Assembly: GCA_963812155.1 (NCBI GenBank) | Contig: CAWETW010000003.1 | Coordinates: 1,120,001 to 1,184,000 of the forward strand | Direction: 5' to 3' | Source: Vulcanimicrobiota bacterium | GTDB lineage: Bacteria > Vulcanimicrobiota > Vulcanimicrobiia > Vulcanimicrobiales > Vulcanimicrobiaceae | DNA: 64,000 nt | Shown here: one piece after another, positions 10,197-20,847 of the stretch | How positions within the stretch are numbered: the first letter of the stretch is position 1 | Layout: each line of letters starts with the position of its first letter | Made by a program: the position numbers and the translations under genes | Notes under the pieces: model-generated | Told to the model about the DNA's origin: nothing | The model's database searches: none | Seen by the model: the letters and a program-made list of their open reading frames with translations, nothing else

Positions 10197-11021
10197 ATGG
10201 CGAATGACGTTGGGAGCATTCATGCGAACTTTCCCGACCGGTTCGTAACGGATTTCCCGTCCGATGCGACGGCGTTCGCGCTGCAGGGCGGCGCGTGGAA
10301 GTTCGACTACGACACGCTCGACCGCGACGCCATCATCCAAAATGCGAAGATGGACGGCCGGCCAAGATTCTGCGCGGAAACGTTTCCCGGATTTAAGGAT
10401 TTTCGCATTCTCGAGCTGGGTCCGAGCGACGGCTACAACACGCTCGGCATGGAGTTGGAAGGCGCGCACGATATCGTGTCGATCGAGGCGAGCACGTCGG
10501 CGTTTCTGCGCTGTCTCATTTTAAAAAATGCGATGGGCCTGCAAGCGAAGTTCCTGCTCGGAGATTTTCTAAAGTATCTCAATCAGCCGGCGCTATCCCT
10601 GGATCTCGTCTACGCGTCGGGCGTCCTGTACCACCTGCACGATCCGGTCGAGTTCTTGGTGCGGTGCGGAGAGGTGGCCCCGCATTTGTTTCTATGGACA
10701 TTTTACTTCGACGGCGAGATAGTGCGCGAGCATCCGCACGAACGCGATCGCTTTGCAGCCGATCTGAACGAGCGCCGATCCGTGGGCCGTGCGAGATTTA
10801 CGTATCACCGGCGTTTTTACGAGCCGCAGCTTGCAGCCGACCCAAAGTATCAGGGCGGCCTCGGCGATTACGCGAACTGGCTCGATTGGAACGAACTACA
10901 AAGGGCCGTCGATTTCGCCGGCTACGAGATCGTTAAAATCATCAACGATGAGTACGCCGGAATGCCTGCAAGAAATATCTTCGCGCAGCGGCGGGCTGCT
11001 AAGCGGCGGCGGTGGTTTTGA
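10197..11021 (+). CDS. Class I SAM-dependent methyltransferase
   Basis: RILELGPSDG motif I; DLVYASGVLYHL. Confidence 0.85.
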   Translation: MANDVGSIHANFPDRFVTDFPSDATAFALQGGAWKFDYDTLDRDAIIQNAKMDGRPRFCAETFPGFKDFRILELGPSDGYNTLGMELEGAHDIVSIEASTSAFLRCLILKNAMGLQAKFLLGDFLKYLNQPALSLDLVYASGVLYHLHDPVEFLVRCGEVAPHLFLWTFYFDGEIVREHPHERDRFAADLNERRSVGRARFTYHRRFYEPQLAADPKYQGGLGDYANWLDWNELQRAVDFAGYEIVKIINDEYAGMPARNIFAQRRAAKRRRWF

Positions 11022-11023
11022 GG

Positions 11024-12373
11024 CTACTCTTGGTCGGGTGACCGCAAGTCCGGAGGCTGTCGCCGGAAGAACTCTTCGCCGTGCGGTGCGGAGATGGGAA
11101 CGAAGCGCCGCGGTGGTTGGGTAAAGTCGAAGCAATCCAGCGGCGAGTTTGCGCGAGCGTCGCTCGCCGCGAGACGCGGAAGGCTCCAAAGGTCTTCCAC
11201 GAACTTCAAGATGCTGCCGTGTTCGAACTGCGTGTGCGAAACGTAGTTTTTCTTCGCGTAGGGCGAGACGACGAGCAACGGAAGCCGCATGCCCAGTCCG
11301 TCGTAATCGACCAGCGGCGGCGGAACGTCGTCATACCAGCCGCCGTAGTCGTCCCAGAACACGAAAATGGCGGTGTCGTTCCAGTATTTCGACGTGCCGA
11401 CGGCGTTGATGAGGGAAGCCACCCACGATGGGCCCGAATTCGAGCCGCAGCCCGCATGGTCGGAGTTCGCGCAAGTGGGTGTAATCCAACTGACGGCCCG
11501 CATGCGGCCGTGCTTGACGTCATCGAAGAAGCTCGTATTCGGTAAGACGTCTTTGTGCCAATCCGGTCCGTAATAGATGTGCCGAATCGCCTGATAGGCG
11601 CTCCAGAGATTGACATAGCCGGAGGAGTAGTATGCGGCATAAAAGCCCCACGATAAGCCGGCGCGATCGAGCTCGTCTCCGAGCGTTTCGTTTTGGAAAC
11701 AGGTACGAATGTGGCCGCCGTAAAGCGTTCGCCCCCGCGTGACGGTGCCGATCGTATCGCTGGGGCCACCCTCGCACCCCCACACGTTACGCGGATAGTT
11801 GACGGCCGAACTCGCTTGACCCGCAATGATGTACTGATGCGAGATGAAACTGCTGGCATCGAAGTTTGACGCAAACATGCGATCGGCGAGCACGTATCGC
11901 TTGGCAATGTCGAAGTACGGCTTGGTTTCTTCGTGAGGGACGTACGCGTATTGCGGATAGTTATACGGACAATGGGGATAATGGCGGTGTCCGCAGCCGA
12001 CGTACTCATGGTTGAAGCCGTTCATCCGGCAATCCGTGCCAGGGTAGCTCCCGGTGCCGTTGCACGCAGAGAAGAACGAGTACGAGCTGTGATCGAGGTC
12101 CCAGGTCGTTTCCAGCCCGATGGGTTCGAGCGGGATGCGTCGACCGTGCGAATCGACGCCGTGATCGACCGTGTGCGCGCCGGAAAAACCGTAAAATAGA
12201 TTGTTGAAGCTGCGATTTTCTTGAACGATGATAACGACGTGCTGGATCCTTGCGGGTGGGGGCGACGGCTGCGGCTGGACGCTCGTTAACGGTGCGACGC
12301 TCGTGCCATTACAGGCCGAAAGGATGACGGCGCACAGTAGCGCGCCGCACGCGGTGCTAAAACCGGAAGCCAA
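11024..12373 (-). CDS. Phosphoesterase/phospholipase C family lipoprotein (paralogue 2)
   Basis: Lipobox LSAC; QENRSFNNLF and WDDYGGWYDDV; start uncertain (TTG 12373 chosen). Confidence 0.85.
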   Translation of the reverse strand: MASGFSTACGALLCAVILSACNGTSVAPLTSVQPQPSPPPARIQHVVIIVQENRSFNNLFYGFSGAHTVDHGVDSHGRRIPLEPIGLETTWDLDHSSYSFFSACNGTGSYPGTDCRMNGFNHEYVGCGHRHYPHCPYNYPQYAYVPHEETKPYFDIAKRYVLADRMFASNFDASSFISHQYIIAGQASSAVNYPRNVWGCEGGPSDTIGTVTRGRTLYGGHIRTCFQNETLGDELDRAGLSWGFYAAYYSSGYVNLWSAYQAIRHIYYGPDWHKDVLPNTSFFDDVKHGRMRAVSWITPTCANSDHAGCGSNSGPSWVASLINAVGTSKYWNDTAIFVFWDDYGGWYDDVPPPLVDYDGLGMRLPLLVVSPYAKKNYVSHTQFEHGSILKFVEDLWSLPRLAASDARANSPLDCFDFTQPPRRFVPISAPHGEEFFRRQPPDLRSPDQE

Positions 12374-13817
12374 TTCCGGCGTAGGCCGCGGAATGGGTCT
12401 CGTCAATTGGGTCACCCGCCGCCTCTCCGTGATATCCCGAAAAGCCCGCATACAAATAAGCATTTCGGAACGCACGGTACGTTAACCCGTAGTCATAAAG
12501 CAGATAGCGGCGCGTTTCGCTCGTGTTGGTCGAAGGAGTATCGAGGGTCGCGTTGGCGATGTAATAGAACACGGAGCCGTAGCCACTGAATCTGGCTATG
12601 AGATTCGGTAGTTTTGAAAAGCCGATCCCAGGGCCCGTTTGAGCGCCGAAGCCGTTGCCGGCGCTCTTGTGCAGCACTCCGGCTCCGAGATACAAGTCGT
12701 GCGCCGTCACGGAGACGAGACCGCGCAACTCCGCGATGGAGTCGTGCTGCAGGATCGGCGTGGCCGGTTGGCTGGGGCCGCTCGTGGATGCGAAGGCGTC
12801 GTCGTGAAAGTCGAAGGTCGCCGCCCATGGGCCGCGGCGGTAAGCCGCGGAAAATTGATACGAGCCGGTCGTGTCGGGCGCCGACGGAACGGAGCCGATG
12901 GCGTTCTCTCCGCCGAATCGCAACGCGCCTTCGACGTAGCCTGCATAGTTGGGTACCGTCTGGACGATCTTGGTCGTATCGGGTTCGTCGCTTGCCTCGC
13001 CGGCGCGAAACAGCCTCGTCCCGATACCGAGGTAGGGTCCCTCAACGTTCTCGGCCGAATTGGTTCCGGCGAGCATCCGGTAACCGCCGTATCCGAAATA
13101 CGTGTAGAAATCGCGCGACAGCGGCAAAGAGCTTTCGACGGTATATTTCAGTTGAGCGAATTTAACGGGAAACGATTTGCCGAAGTTGGGGCTGGTGGGG
13201 TCGCTTTGTAAGAACGAGCCCGACACGTTTGGATAGTAAAAAATGCTGCCGTATACGGCAAACGGTGTGAAATCGCTGTATTGCTCCAAACCGAAGCCCA
13301 AGCCGCGCAGCGTTGGATACCCGTAGGAAGTCGAAGTCGCCGTGTAGCTGACCCCGGCATAGGAGTTCGCACCGAAAATCGTATGTTCGGCGCGCACGTC
13401 GACATTCGTATTGCGCCCCGTAAATTCCGGGACGATCGAGTAGCCTCCGTCCGGTGTTGAGAAACCCGTTTGCGGCGGCGGTCCTGGGACGGTGATGGCG
13501 CTAGGAAAAAAGTCGGTGCGATCGTCGAATTTAACCGCCCACGTGTCGAATCGATACGCGGCTGAAAAGACGTAGGAAAAGCCCGTGCCGGTTACGCCGT
13601 CGGCGTAGTTATTGTACACCTTCGGCAACGTATAACCGCCTTCGATCAGCAACTCTTGCAGCGGCCGCCGCGCCGGCTTGGGGGAGGGCGATGCGACGGC
13701 CGTTGCGCGTTGCTGCTGCGGCGTCTGATTCGTATCAGCGACTGCTCGGCACGTTGTGGTTAATGCCGCAGTAACGAAAACGACAAGCGCGGCGATGATA
13801 ACGTTATCATTGCTCAA
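12357..13817 (-). CDS. Probable outer-membrane protein with two homologous beta-barrel-like halves
   Basis: Signal peptide, amphipathic beta-strand pattern, C-terminal GIGFRF, internal duplication. Confidence 0.7.
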   Translation of the reverse strand: MSNDNVIIAALVVFVTAALTTTCRAVADTNQTPQQQRATAVASPSPKPARRPLQELLIEGGYTLPKVYNNYADGVTGTGFSYVFSAAYRFDTWAVKFDDRTDFFPSAITVPGPPPQTGFSTPDGGYSIVPEFTGRNTNVDVRAEHTIFGANSYAGVSYTATSTSYGYPTLRGLGFGLEQYSDFTPFAVYGSIFYYPNVSGSFLQSDPTSPNFGKSFPVKFAQLKYTVESSLPLSRDFYTYFGYGGYRMLAGTNSAENVEGPYLGIGTRLFRAGEASDEPDTTKIVQTVPNYAGYVEGALRFGGENAIGSVPSAPDTTGSYQFSAAYRRGPWAATFDFHDDAFASTSGPSQPATPILQHDSIAELRGLVSVTAHDLYLGAGVLHKSAGNGFGAQTGPGIGFSKLPNLIARFSGYGSVFYYIANATLDTPSTNTSETRRYLLYDYGLTYRAFRNAYLYAGFSGYHGEAAGDPIDETHSAAYAGIGFRF

Positions 13818-14076
13818 AGTCCGCGGTGGGTTCGGGCGGCGCTCTCTCCGGCCTTCAAGGCGTGCGTATGCTTGCCTGACGTTAGCCTGCGCAGTTTTTC
13901 GGTAGCGGCTCTTTATAGGTAACGAAGCGATCCGGCTTCATTTCGAAAAAGGAACCGGACGAGGGCGGCGGCGCGACGTCGAGCGCTCCGAGCAGGAAGT
14001 TCACCACAAAGACGAGTGGTTTCGGAAGCGTCCACCCTACGGGCGGCGCGTGCCGCCGGCGTGCCCGGCTACCGTT

Positions 14077-15536
14077 TCAGGGTGTCGTAGCGAAGGCCGG
14101 CCGCTTGTACGTTGCGGCGCAACGGCTGAAATCCAGGTTTGCGGCAGAGGACGCTTTGACGAACGCAACGATCGTTGCATCGACGCACGGCGGGAAGTCG
14201 CTGTCGTGCGATGCACCCGGAACGAGCATGATGCGCGCGTGCGGCAGATACGGAAGCGCCTCACGCGCGTATTCCGGCGGCGTCGCCGGATCGTCGCTGC
14301 CAGAAATCATCAAGATCGGCGCATCGCTGCGCACCGGTTCGTCGAACGACGCCGCCACGGGTTGGACGTTCCAGAGTTTGCACGCGCGTTGTTGTGCGCG
14401 GACGCGTGCGTCGCGCTCAAAGGTGCCGGCGCTGTTTGGCGTGACGTCGGCTTGCGTGATGAAGGGAAGATCTTCGGCGCAGGTGACCGAGAGATTGAGT
14501 CCGTCGGCGACGAGGTCGGAAAACAGAGCCGCCATCTGAGCGACCATCTCGCCGAGCGGTTTGTAGTCGCCGTTGTACGCGCGGTCGATGGTTACGGGAA
14601 TGTAGGCCGCAGCCGGTGGGAAGTACATGGCATGGCGGATGGTCTCCGCGAAGACTTCCTTCGAAAGCTGCACGGTCTGCGAACGGTGTGTGGCCGGATT
14701 CTGGACGGAAATCGTGACGGGGCCGGCATCGAAGCGCTTGACGACGGCAGCGAACCGTTCCGCGAAATGAGTGAAGTGCGCGTTGCAGCTTGCGTCGCCA
14801 CGGCAAGCTCGCTCGAGGTTTTGATTGCGGTCTGTGCCCCGCGCGCCATCGGCAGTGGAATGACGTAGAAGTGCGGCGGCGCGACGCCTTCGAGGACGAT
14901 GCTTTCGACGCTCGCGGGGTGGCGGCGAGCGTAGTCGAGATAGAACAGCGTGCCGTAGGACCCGCCGAACAACACGAGTCTCGGGTAGCCGAGGGCCGCG
15001 CGCACGTCGTTCAGATCGTCGGCGGCTAGGCTGGTCGAATAGAGGCTGAGATTCGCTTGCGCGGCAAGGCGATCGCGACACGCGCGCACGAGCGAATCGG
15101 GCCAGAGCTGACGGAAATAGAGTTCCGGATGGTCTGCGGGTGCGAAGTTACAGCTTTGCTTAGCCGATTTGCCCGTTCCTCGGTTGTCGACGAACAGCAG
15201 ATCGTAATTATCGCGAAGCGTCGCCATTGCCCCGGTGGCGCCGGCAAGGTCGGACGCCTGAGCCGTCGCCGACGCGCCCGGGCCGCCGGGATTATAGGCG
15301 ATCGCGCGATGCGTCGCGGGGTGCTTCGCCTGGATGACGATGAAATGAATGTCGATCGTGCGCCCGGTAGCGGTTGGGCGATTCTCGAAAACGGTGAGCG
15401 TTCCGCAGATGGCCGCTGCCTGTGCCTGACCGATGCGGCACGGCGACGTTTTCAAAAGAGGCGGCGAGGTATTCGAGCTGGCCTGCATTGGCGCGGCGGT
15501 CGTGAGAAGCACCGCGGCGAGAAGAATTCGTATCAT
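14077..15536 (-). CDS. Secreted alpha/beta hydrolase (TAP-like peptidase); frameshift at about 14820
   Basis: GGPG, DNRGTGKS and GGSYG in one frame; DDPATP and GASH in the other; break falls in an A4 run; ATGA overlap with the upstream gene. Confidence 0.8.
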
Positions 15537-17134
15537 GGTTGCACGTCCCAACGCTCGGCGTTCCAATAATCGTATAACATGTTCGGCCGAAAATCTCGCA
15601 AGGCAGGATTGACGACAATGTATTCTTGGTCGTCGACCAGCGGGAGCAACACCGCGTTGTCGCGGAGCCGGCGCTGCATGGTGCTGAAGAAACGAGCGCG
15701 GTCGGCGCGATCGAGGGTCGATCGCTGTCCTTCGTATGCGTCGTCGTAAGCAGCATCGCAGAACCGCGCCATGTTGGCGCCGTCAGGCGGGCGCTTGGCG
15801 CAGGTCCAATTCTCGGATTGTTCGGGGTCGGAGCCCCCGTAAAGATTGTCGGACATCATGTTGAAGCGGCCGCCGTATTGAATGCCGCCGGCGGATGCGG
15901 GCGCGTACATAACCGTATTTGGGTACGTTCGCAGCGTGACGTCGATTCCGACCTGCGCGAGGTCGCTTTGAACGATCGCCTGAATTCGCCGGTTGTAATC
16001 TCGCGTGTCGGAGACGAGTTCGATGTGAAGCGGCACGCCGTCTTTGAGGCGCTGCTTGCCAGTGAGGTGCCAGCCCGCGGCCTCGAGCTCGCGCGCGGCG
16101 CGACCGGGATCGTACGGAAGCGGTTGGATCGACGGATCGTTTGCCCAGAGCACCGTCGGAATTTCGGTGTTGAGGACGGGGCGCAATCCGAGATAGGTGC
16201 CGCGAATGAGCGCCGAACGGTCGATCGCCTCGACGATCGCTCGACGGACGTGGACGTCGTCGGTCGGGGTTTTCGCGGTTTGAAAGCCGAGGTAGTCGAA
16301 GCCATTTCGGAGGGCGGAAATCAGCTTGGCGTCGCGCAGCGTGCGCGCTTGCGGAACTTCGAGAATCGTCAAGTTGTCGACGTCGAGCTCGTGGGCGCGA
16401 AAAGCGTCGAAGCGGGCGTTGCTGTCGGCAACGATCTTGAAAACGAGACGGTTCAGGCGCGGTTTGCGCCATGCGTAAGGATTCGGAACCAAGTCGATTT
16501 CGTCGCCGCGTATCCAGCGCGCGACGCGAAAGGGTCCGCTGCCGAACGGGTGAGCGTTCCAGTCGGCATGCGAAACGTCAGTGCTTGCGAACGCATGTGC
16601 CGGAAGAATGCCGAAGGCAAAGTCGGAGGCAGCGAAGAGCTCGCCGACCGCAGCGGCCCACCGATGGCGGAGCCGAATACGGACGGTGTAGCGGTCGGGC
16701 GTTTGCAGCGAGGCGATTGCGCGGACCGCTTCGCTGTCGACTACCGGATTACGCGGATCCAGAATAGCGCGATACGTGAACGCGACATCCTGGGACGTGA
16801 GGTCCATGCCGTCGGCGAAGCGAACGCGGTGGCGCAGATGGTAGACGATCGTTTTGCCGTCCGAGGAAATGCCACCGTTCGCTCGTGACGGCACTTCCGT
16901 CGCGAGCAGCGGGACGATTTGATTGCGGTCGTTCAGGGTGACCAGCGTTTCGCAGTACAACTGGCCAAGATCGATCTGGCGCTCGACGTAGCTGAATAGT
17001 GGATTCAGTGAATCGGGATCGCCCAGCATCCCGATGCGCAGCTCGTGCACGGTGCCCCACCCCGAGCCGCCGGCCTTCGTGCAGGCCGTCAACAAAATGA
17101 GTAAAACGGCCGGCAATATGTTGCATGCCCGCAT
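15533..17134 (-). CDS. Peptide ABC transporter substrate-binding lipoprotein (family 5)
   Basis: Lipobox LTAC; DSLNP, FADG..LTSQDV.FT and PFGSGPF motifs. Confidence 0.9.
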   Translation of the reverse strand: MRACNILPAVLLILLTACTKAGGSGWGTVHELRIGMLGDPDSLNPLFSYVERQIDLGQLYCETLVTLNDRNQIVPLLATEVPSRANGGISSDGKTIVYHLRHRVRFADGMDLTSQDVAFTYRAILDPRNPVVDSEAVRAIASLQTPDRYTVRIRLRHRWAAAVGELFAASDFAFGILPAHAFASTDVSHADWNAHPFGSGPFRVARWIRGDEIDLVPNPYAWRKPRLNRLVFKIVADSNARFDAFRAHELDVDNLTILEVPQARTLRDAKLISALRNGFDYLGFQTAKTPTDDVHVRRAIVEAIDRSALIRGTYLGLRPVLNTEIPTVLWANDPSIQPLPYDPGRAARELEAAGWHLTGKQRLKDGVPLHIELVSDTRDYNRRIQAIVQSDLAQVGIDVTLRTYPNTVMYAPASAGGIQYGGRFNMMSDNLYGGSDPEQSENWTCAKRPPDGANMARFCDAAYDDAYEGQRSTLDRADRARFFSTMQRRLRDNAVLLPLVDDQEYIVVNPALRDFRPNMLYDYWNAERWDVQP

Positions 17135-17137
17135 GCT

Positions 17138-17158
17138 CGATGCTGCGTTCAGGATGAC
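17138..17158 (+). repeat. Palindromic repeat remnant containing the stop codon of the MscS-family gene
   Basis: CGATGCTGCGTTCAGGATGAC, 19/21 identical to 27471-27491. Confidence 0.6.
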
Positions 17159-18804
17159 GCCCGTGGTGCTGACGGCGGGGGCGGTTGCGGGCGACGAGCG
17201 GGTTCGGGGGCGGCGGCTTGTTGCATGATGACGGCTTGCGGTGCGCCGATGGCGATGCCGTTGCGGCGGAACGCCTCGCCCACGCGCAAGTTGACTTCCC
17301 GCGCGAGCGGCGCGCGTTCGGACGGAATGGTTTTAATCCATGCGCGCAGGACGACGCCGGCATAGGAAACGGAATCCACGCCGAGCACCCGCGGAGGTTC
17401 GATGATGTCCTTGCTCCAGGCCGGGTCGGCCGCAAGTCTGTCGAGCGCGTCCTGCAGCACGGCGGTCGCGCGCTCGACGTTTGCGGACGCGGCCACGGAG
17501 ACGCGAAAATCTACGCGCGCCCAACTGCGCGTGGAGTTTTCGACGGTGGTGATGGTGCTATTCGGAATCGTCACGAGCCGTCCGTCGTCGGCGCGAAGGC
17601 GCGTGATTCGCAGCGTGAGATCCTCGACGGTCCCGGTGACGCCGCCGATCGTCACCATGTCTCCGATCGCGAACTGGTCTTCTGCGAGAATCAGGAACCC
17701 GTTGAGATAATCTTTGATAAGACTTTGGGTCGCGAACGAAAATGCGAATGCAACGACGGCGCCGATCGTCAAGAGCGACACCGTCGAGACGGAGAGAATC
17801 GCAAACGTCCAGACGATTGCAATCGCCCAGAGGACGATCGACTTGAGGTTATCGGCAGAGCGAATGAGCGTCGGACTGCGCAGTTTGATGCGGGCGCGCT
17901 GATCGGCGGTGAGCATGATGTTGGAGCGCCACGCGTCGGTGGCGCGTATGATGAAGGCGCCGATCAGGCGGTCGAGCACGGCAATGATGCCCCAAAGCAG
18001 GACGACTTGGAACGCGCGACCGGAAAGCTGGTTGGCGTAGGCGCGCGTCACGGGGAATATCGTCAGAAGCCAGTAAACCGTGACCGCCCAGATGGCGAGT
18101 GCGGCCAAGCCGAGCGCCCACAGGATGCCGGCGTAGACTGCGCGGCGCGTGTCCGAGTCGAGCGCACGGCCGGTCTTGCGCAATCGCCTGCGTAGCCACA
18201 CGATTGCAATCGTCGCCAGCGCGACGCCGACCAGTACCCAGGGCAGTTTGCGCAACTGATCGCGCACGTAGCCCGGCTCGGAGGCAACGATTGCGCGAGC
18301 GAGAGTGCTCTGCAACGTCGTTGCCCATTGCTGCGCAAGTTCTTGTTTCGGAACCGCGTTGAACGCTGCATCGGGCGGCGTGACGGTCATGATTGGGAAT
18401 TTGTCGTGCTTGATGCCGTCGGTCGCGTAGAGCACGGGATCCCCGCTATCGTTTCCGATTTCGACTTTAAACGTGTTTGCGTCGAATCGCACACCCTTTG
18501 CGGAGATCGAGGCAGGAGCAATCTGACGCAGATTGGACTCGATGATGTAGACGCGCTGAACGACGTGCGGAACCTCCGCGTTGTCGTTCGACGCCGGTAC
18601 CGCGACCGTGAAGAGGCGCTGTCCTTGGAACGTTACCGGCGCGGTGTCGAAGTTATTGATGCGCTTGACGGCGACGCCGTACGGCGCGGCGGTAGTCTGC
18701 GCCGAGGAAATCGGCAGCGAGAACCCTTGCGCCTGTGCCGCGAGCGGAAGCGCGACGAGCGCGGCGAGCTCGAGAATCGTCGCAGCGGCAAAGATGCGAA
18801 TCAA
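17149..18804 (-). CDS. Mechanosensitive channel, MscS family, with large N-terminal extracytoplasmic domain
   Basis: QSLIKDYLNG, IGDMVTIGGVTGTVEDLTLRIT and IPNS motifs. Confidence 0.9.
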   Translation of the reverse strand: MIRIFAAATILELAALVALPLAAQAQGFSLPISSAQTTAAPYGVAVKRINNFDTAPVTFQGQRLFTVAVPASNDNAEVPHVVQRVYIIESNLRQIAPASISAKGVRFDANTFKVEIGNDSGDPVLYATDGIKHDKFPIMTVTPPDAAFNAVPKQELAQQWATTLQSTLARAIVASEPGYVRDQLRKLPWVLVGVALATIAIVWLRRRLRKTGRALDSDTRRAVYAGILWALGLAALAIWAVTVYWLLTIFPVTRAYANQLSGRAFQVVLLWGIIAVLDRLIGAFIIRATDAWRSNIMLTADQRARIKLRSPTLIRSADNLKSIVLWAIAIVWTFAILSVSTVSLLTIGAVVAFAFSFATQSLIKDYLNGFLILAEDQFAIGDMVTIGGVTGTVEDLTLRITRLRADDGRLVTIPNSTITTVENSTRSWARVDFRVSVAASANVERATAVLQDALDRLAADPAWSKDIIEPPRVLGVDSVSYAGVVLRAWIKTIPSERAPLAREVNLRVGEAFRRNGIAIGAPQAVIMQQAAAPEPARRPQPPPPSAPRASS

Positions 18805-18809
18805 AGACG

Positions 18810-19785
18810 TTACTGGCTGACGACCGCGCCGAACGGCAGCGAGATCTCGGTGCCGAAATGGTTGACGAGCGTCCCGTCGGAGAGGGTGTAGATGCGCACG
18901 ACGTTTCCGAGGTGGTCGGGGACGATGACGCGATCGGCACGGCGAGAGAATGCGTACGTCTGCTGCGTTCCGGTGAAGGCCAACGAACCGACGACGGTTG
19001 CCGACGAGCCGGAAATGAAGAGCTTATACGCGCCGGGCGCACCTTTGCTCTCGAAGTCTCCATCGCCGACCATCAGCGTCGGTTTGATCCAATTGATGGC
19101 GCCGGGCACGTTGAGCGTTCCGCCGTTGATCGTCAACGGCATGAGTTCGTTTGCACCTTTGGCGAGTTTGAAAAGTCCGGGGCTGCGATCGTGGCTGGTG
19201 CCATCGACGAAGAGGTTGCTTTTGTCGTCGTAAGCGAGGAAATCGACTTCGCCGAAGCCGTTCGCCGGTTGGTAGGACTCGCCTTGGTGTGCGCCTTTCG
19301 CATACACGGTCACATTTCCGTCGAGCGAATGTTTGTTGCCCGGTTGCTGATTGGCGACGGCAATGTTGCCGGTGCGCGAATCGATCGCGCAGTCGTAAGG
19401 GATGTCCGGCACGTTCGGAGATGGTGAAGATCGGCGCGGTTCCACCGTGCGCGAACTCCTTGATTTTTCGCGTATCGTAATCGGGAACCCAGACGTTGCC
19501 CGTACTGTCGGCGCACATGCCGGTCGGAAACGAAAAGCCGGTCAGTTGGCCGACTAAAACGAGGCCGTTACCATCGAGGTAGGTATAGATCGTGACGTCT
19601 GAAGTTCCGGCGTTGGAGACGTACAGCAGGCTGGTGTTCTTCGCGTTCGCGAGCATCCAGGATTGGCCGTGAGCGGTGCGCGCCGCCGGGAGACTCGTGG
19701 TGGAGGCGGGCGTCGTTGCGCCTGCGCAGGCAGTAAGCATGGCGATTCCGAGCAGCGGCAGAATGAATTTCAAACGATTCGGCAT
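18810..19785 (-). CDS. Lipoprotein, beta-propeller-like (paralogue 2); frameshift at about 19400
   Basis: AAGGAG RBS, lipobox LTAC, SWM...LLYVSN; the second frame ends PFGAVVSQ. Confidence 0.8.
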
Positions 19786-19896
19786 TGGAACGCTCCTTCG
19801 CGGGGACGAGCGAATGATACATTCGCCAGGAGGCGCCGGAGGGCTTCTTTCCGATTTCGACCAAGGGCAGTGGTTGAAAGGCAGCAATTGCACGAC

Positions 19897-20766
19897 ATGA
19901 ACAGACTTGCGGGCGAAACCTTCACCATGGCCGCGGACCTAACGGTGACCCGCATGGGATACGGCGCGATGCAGCTAGCCGGTCCGCACGTCTTTGGGCC
20001 GCCGCGCGACCGCAATGCGGCGCTGGCGGTTCTGCGAGAGGCGATCGAACTCGGGATCAACCACATCGATACGAGCGACTATTACGGCCCGCATTACACC
20101 AACGAAATCATCAAGGAAGCGCTGCGCCCCTATCCCAACGATCTGCGAATCGTCACCAAAGTAGGGGCGCGCCGCGATGCGCAGGGCGGCTGGCCGCAGG
20201 CATTGTCTCCGCAAGAGTTGCGTCAAGCCGTCCACGACAACCTCAAGAATCTCGGACTCGACGCGCTCGATGTGGTGAACCTTCGAGTCGGCGGATTCTC
20301 TGCCCCCGAGCCGGGCTCAATCGCCGAACCGTTCGGCATGCTTGCGCAACTTCAACAAGAAGGCTTGATCCGGCATCTCGGCGTGAGTACGGTCACACCG
20401 GAGCAGATCGCGGAGGCTCAATCGATCGCGCCGATCGTTTGCGTGCAAAACCTCTACAATATCGCGCAGCGAAACGACGAAGCGTTGATCGACAGCCTCG
20501 CGGCGCAGGGAATTGCCTACGTTCCGTACTTTCCGCTCGGCGGCTTCACGCCGCTGCAATCGGATACGCTGAACTCGGTCGCCAAGCGCCTGGGTGCGAC
20601 GCCGATGGGCGTTGCGCTCGCGTGGCTGCTCCAGCGCGCGCCGAACATTCTGCTCATTCCGGGGACGTCGTCGGTCGAGCATTTGCGTGAGAACGTGGCG
20701 GCTGCCGCACTCGTCTTGCCGGACGACGCATTAGCCGAACTCGACGCCATCGCGCCCCCGGACTGA
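19897..20766 (+). CDS. Aldo/keto reductase (YdbC-like)
   Basis: GYGAMQL, DTSDYYG and IPGTSS..HLREN motifs. Confidence 0.9.
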   Translation: MNRLAGETFTMAADLTVTRMGYGAMQLAGPHVFGPPRDRNAALAVLREAIELGINHIDTSDYYGPHYTNEIIKEALRPYPNDLRIVTKVGARRDAQGGWPQALSPQELRQAVHDNLKNLGLDALDVVNLRVGGFSAPEPGSIAEPFGMLAQLQQEGLIRHLGVSTVTPEQIAEAQSIAPIVCVQNLYNIAQRNDEALIDSLAAQGIAYVPYFPLGGFTPLQSDTLNSVAKRLGATPMGVALAWLLQRAPNILLIPGTSSVEHLRENVAAAALVLPDDALAELDAIAPPD

Positions 20767-20808
20767 GGTCCAAGCCGCCAGCCGGCGATTTTCAGTGAAG
20801 CGGGGCTG

Positions 20809-20838
20809 TTGACATACGAACATATGTTCGTATATGCT
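20809..20838 (+). promoter_or_regulatory. Sigma70-type promoter with LexA (SOS) box in the spacer
   Basis: TTGACA-18 nt-TATGCT; 20-bp perfect palindrome ATACGAACATATGTTCGTAT at 20814-20833. Confidence 0.85.
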
Positions 20839-20847
20839 GGTTCTCCC

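Noticed and set aside
13882..14040. Possible gene fragment on the - strand (GWTLPKPLVFVVNF...KNCAG*)
   Set aside because: No clear start and no recognisable family.
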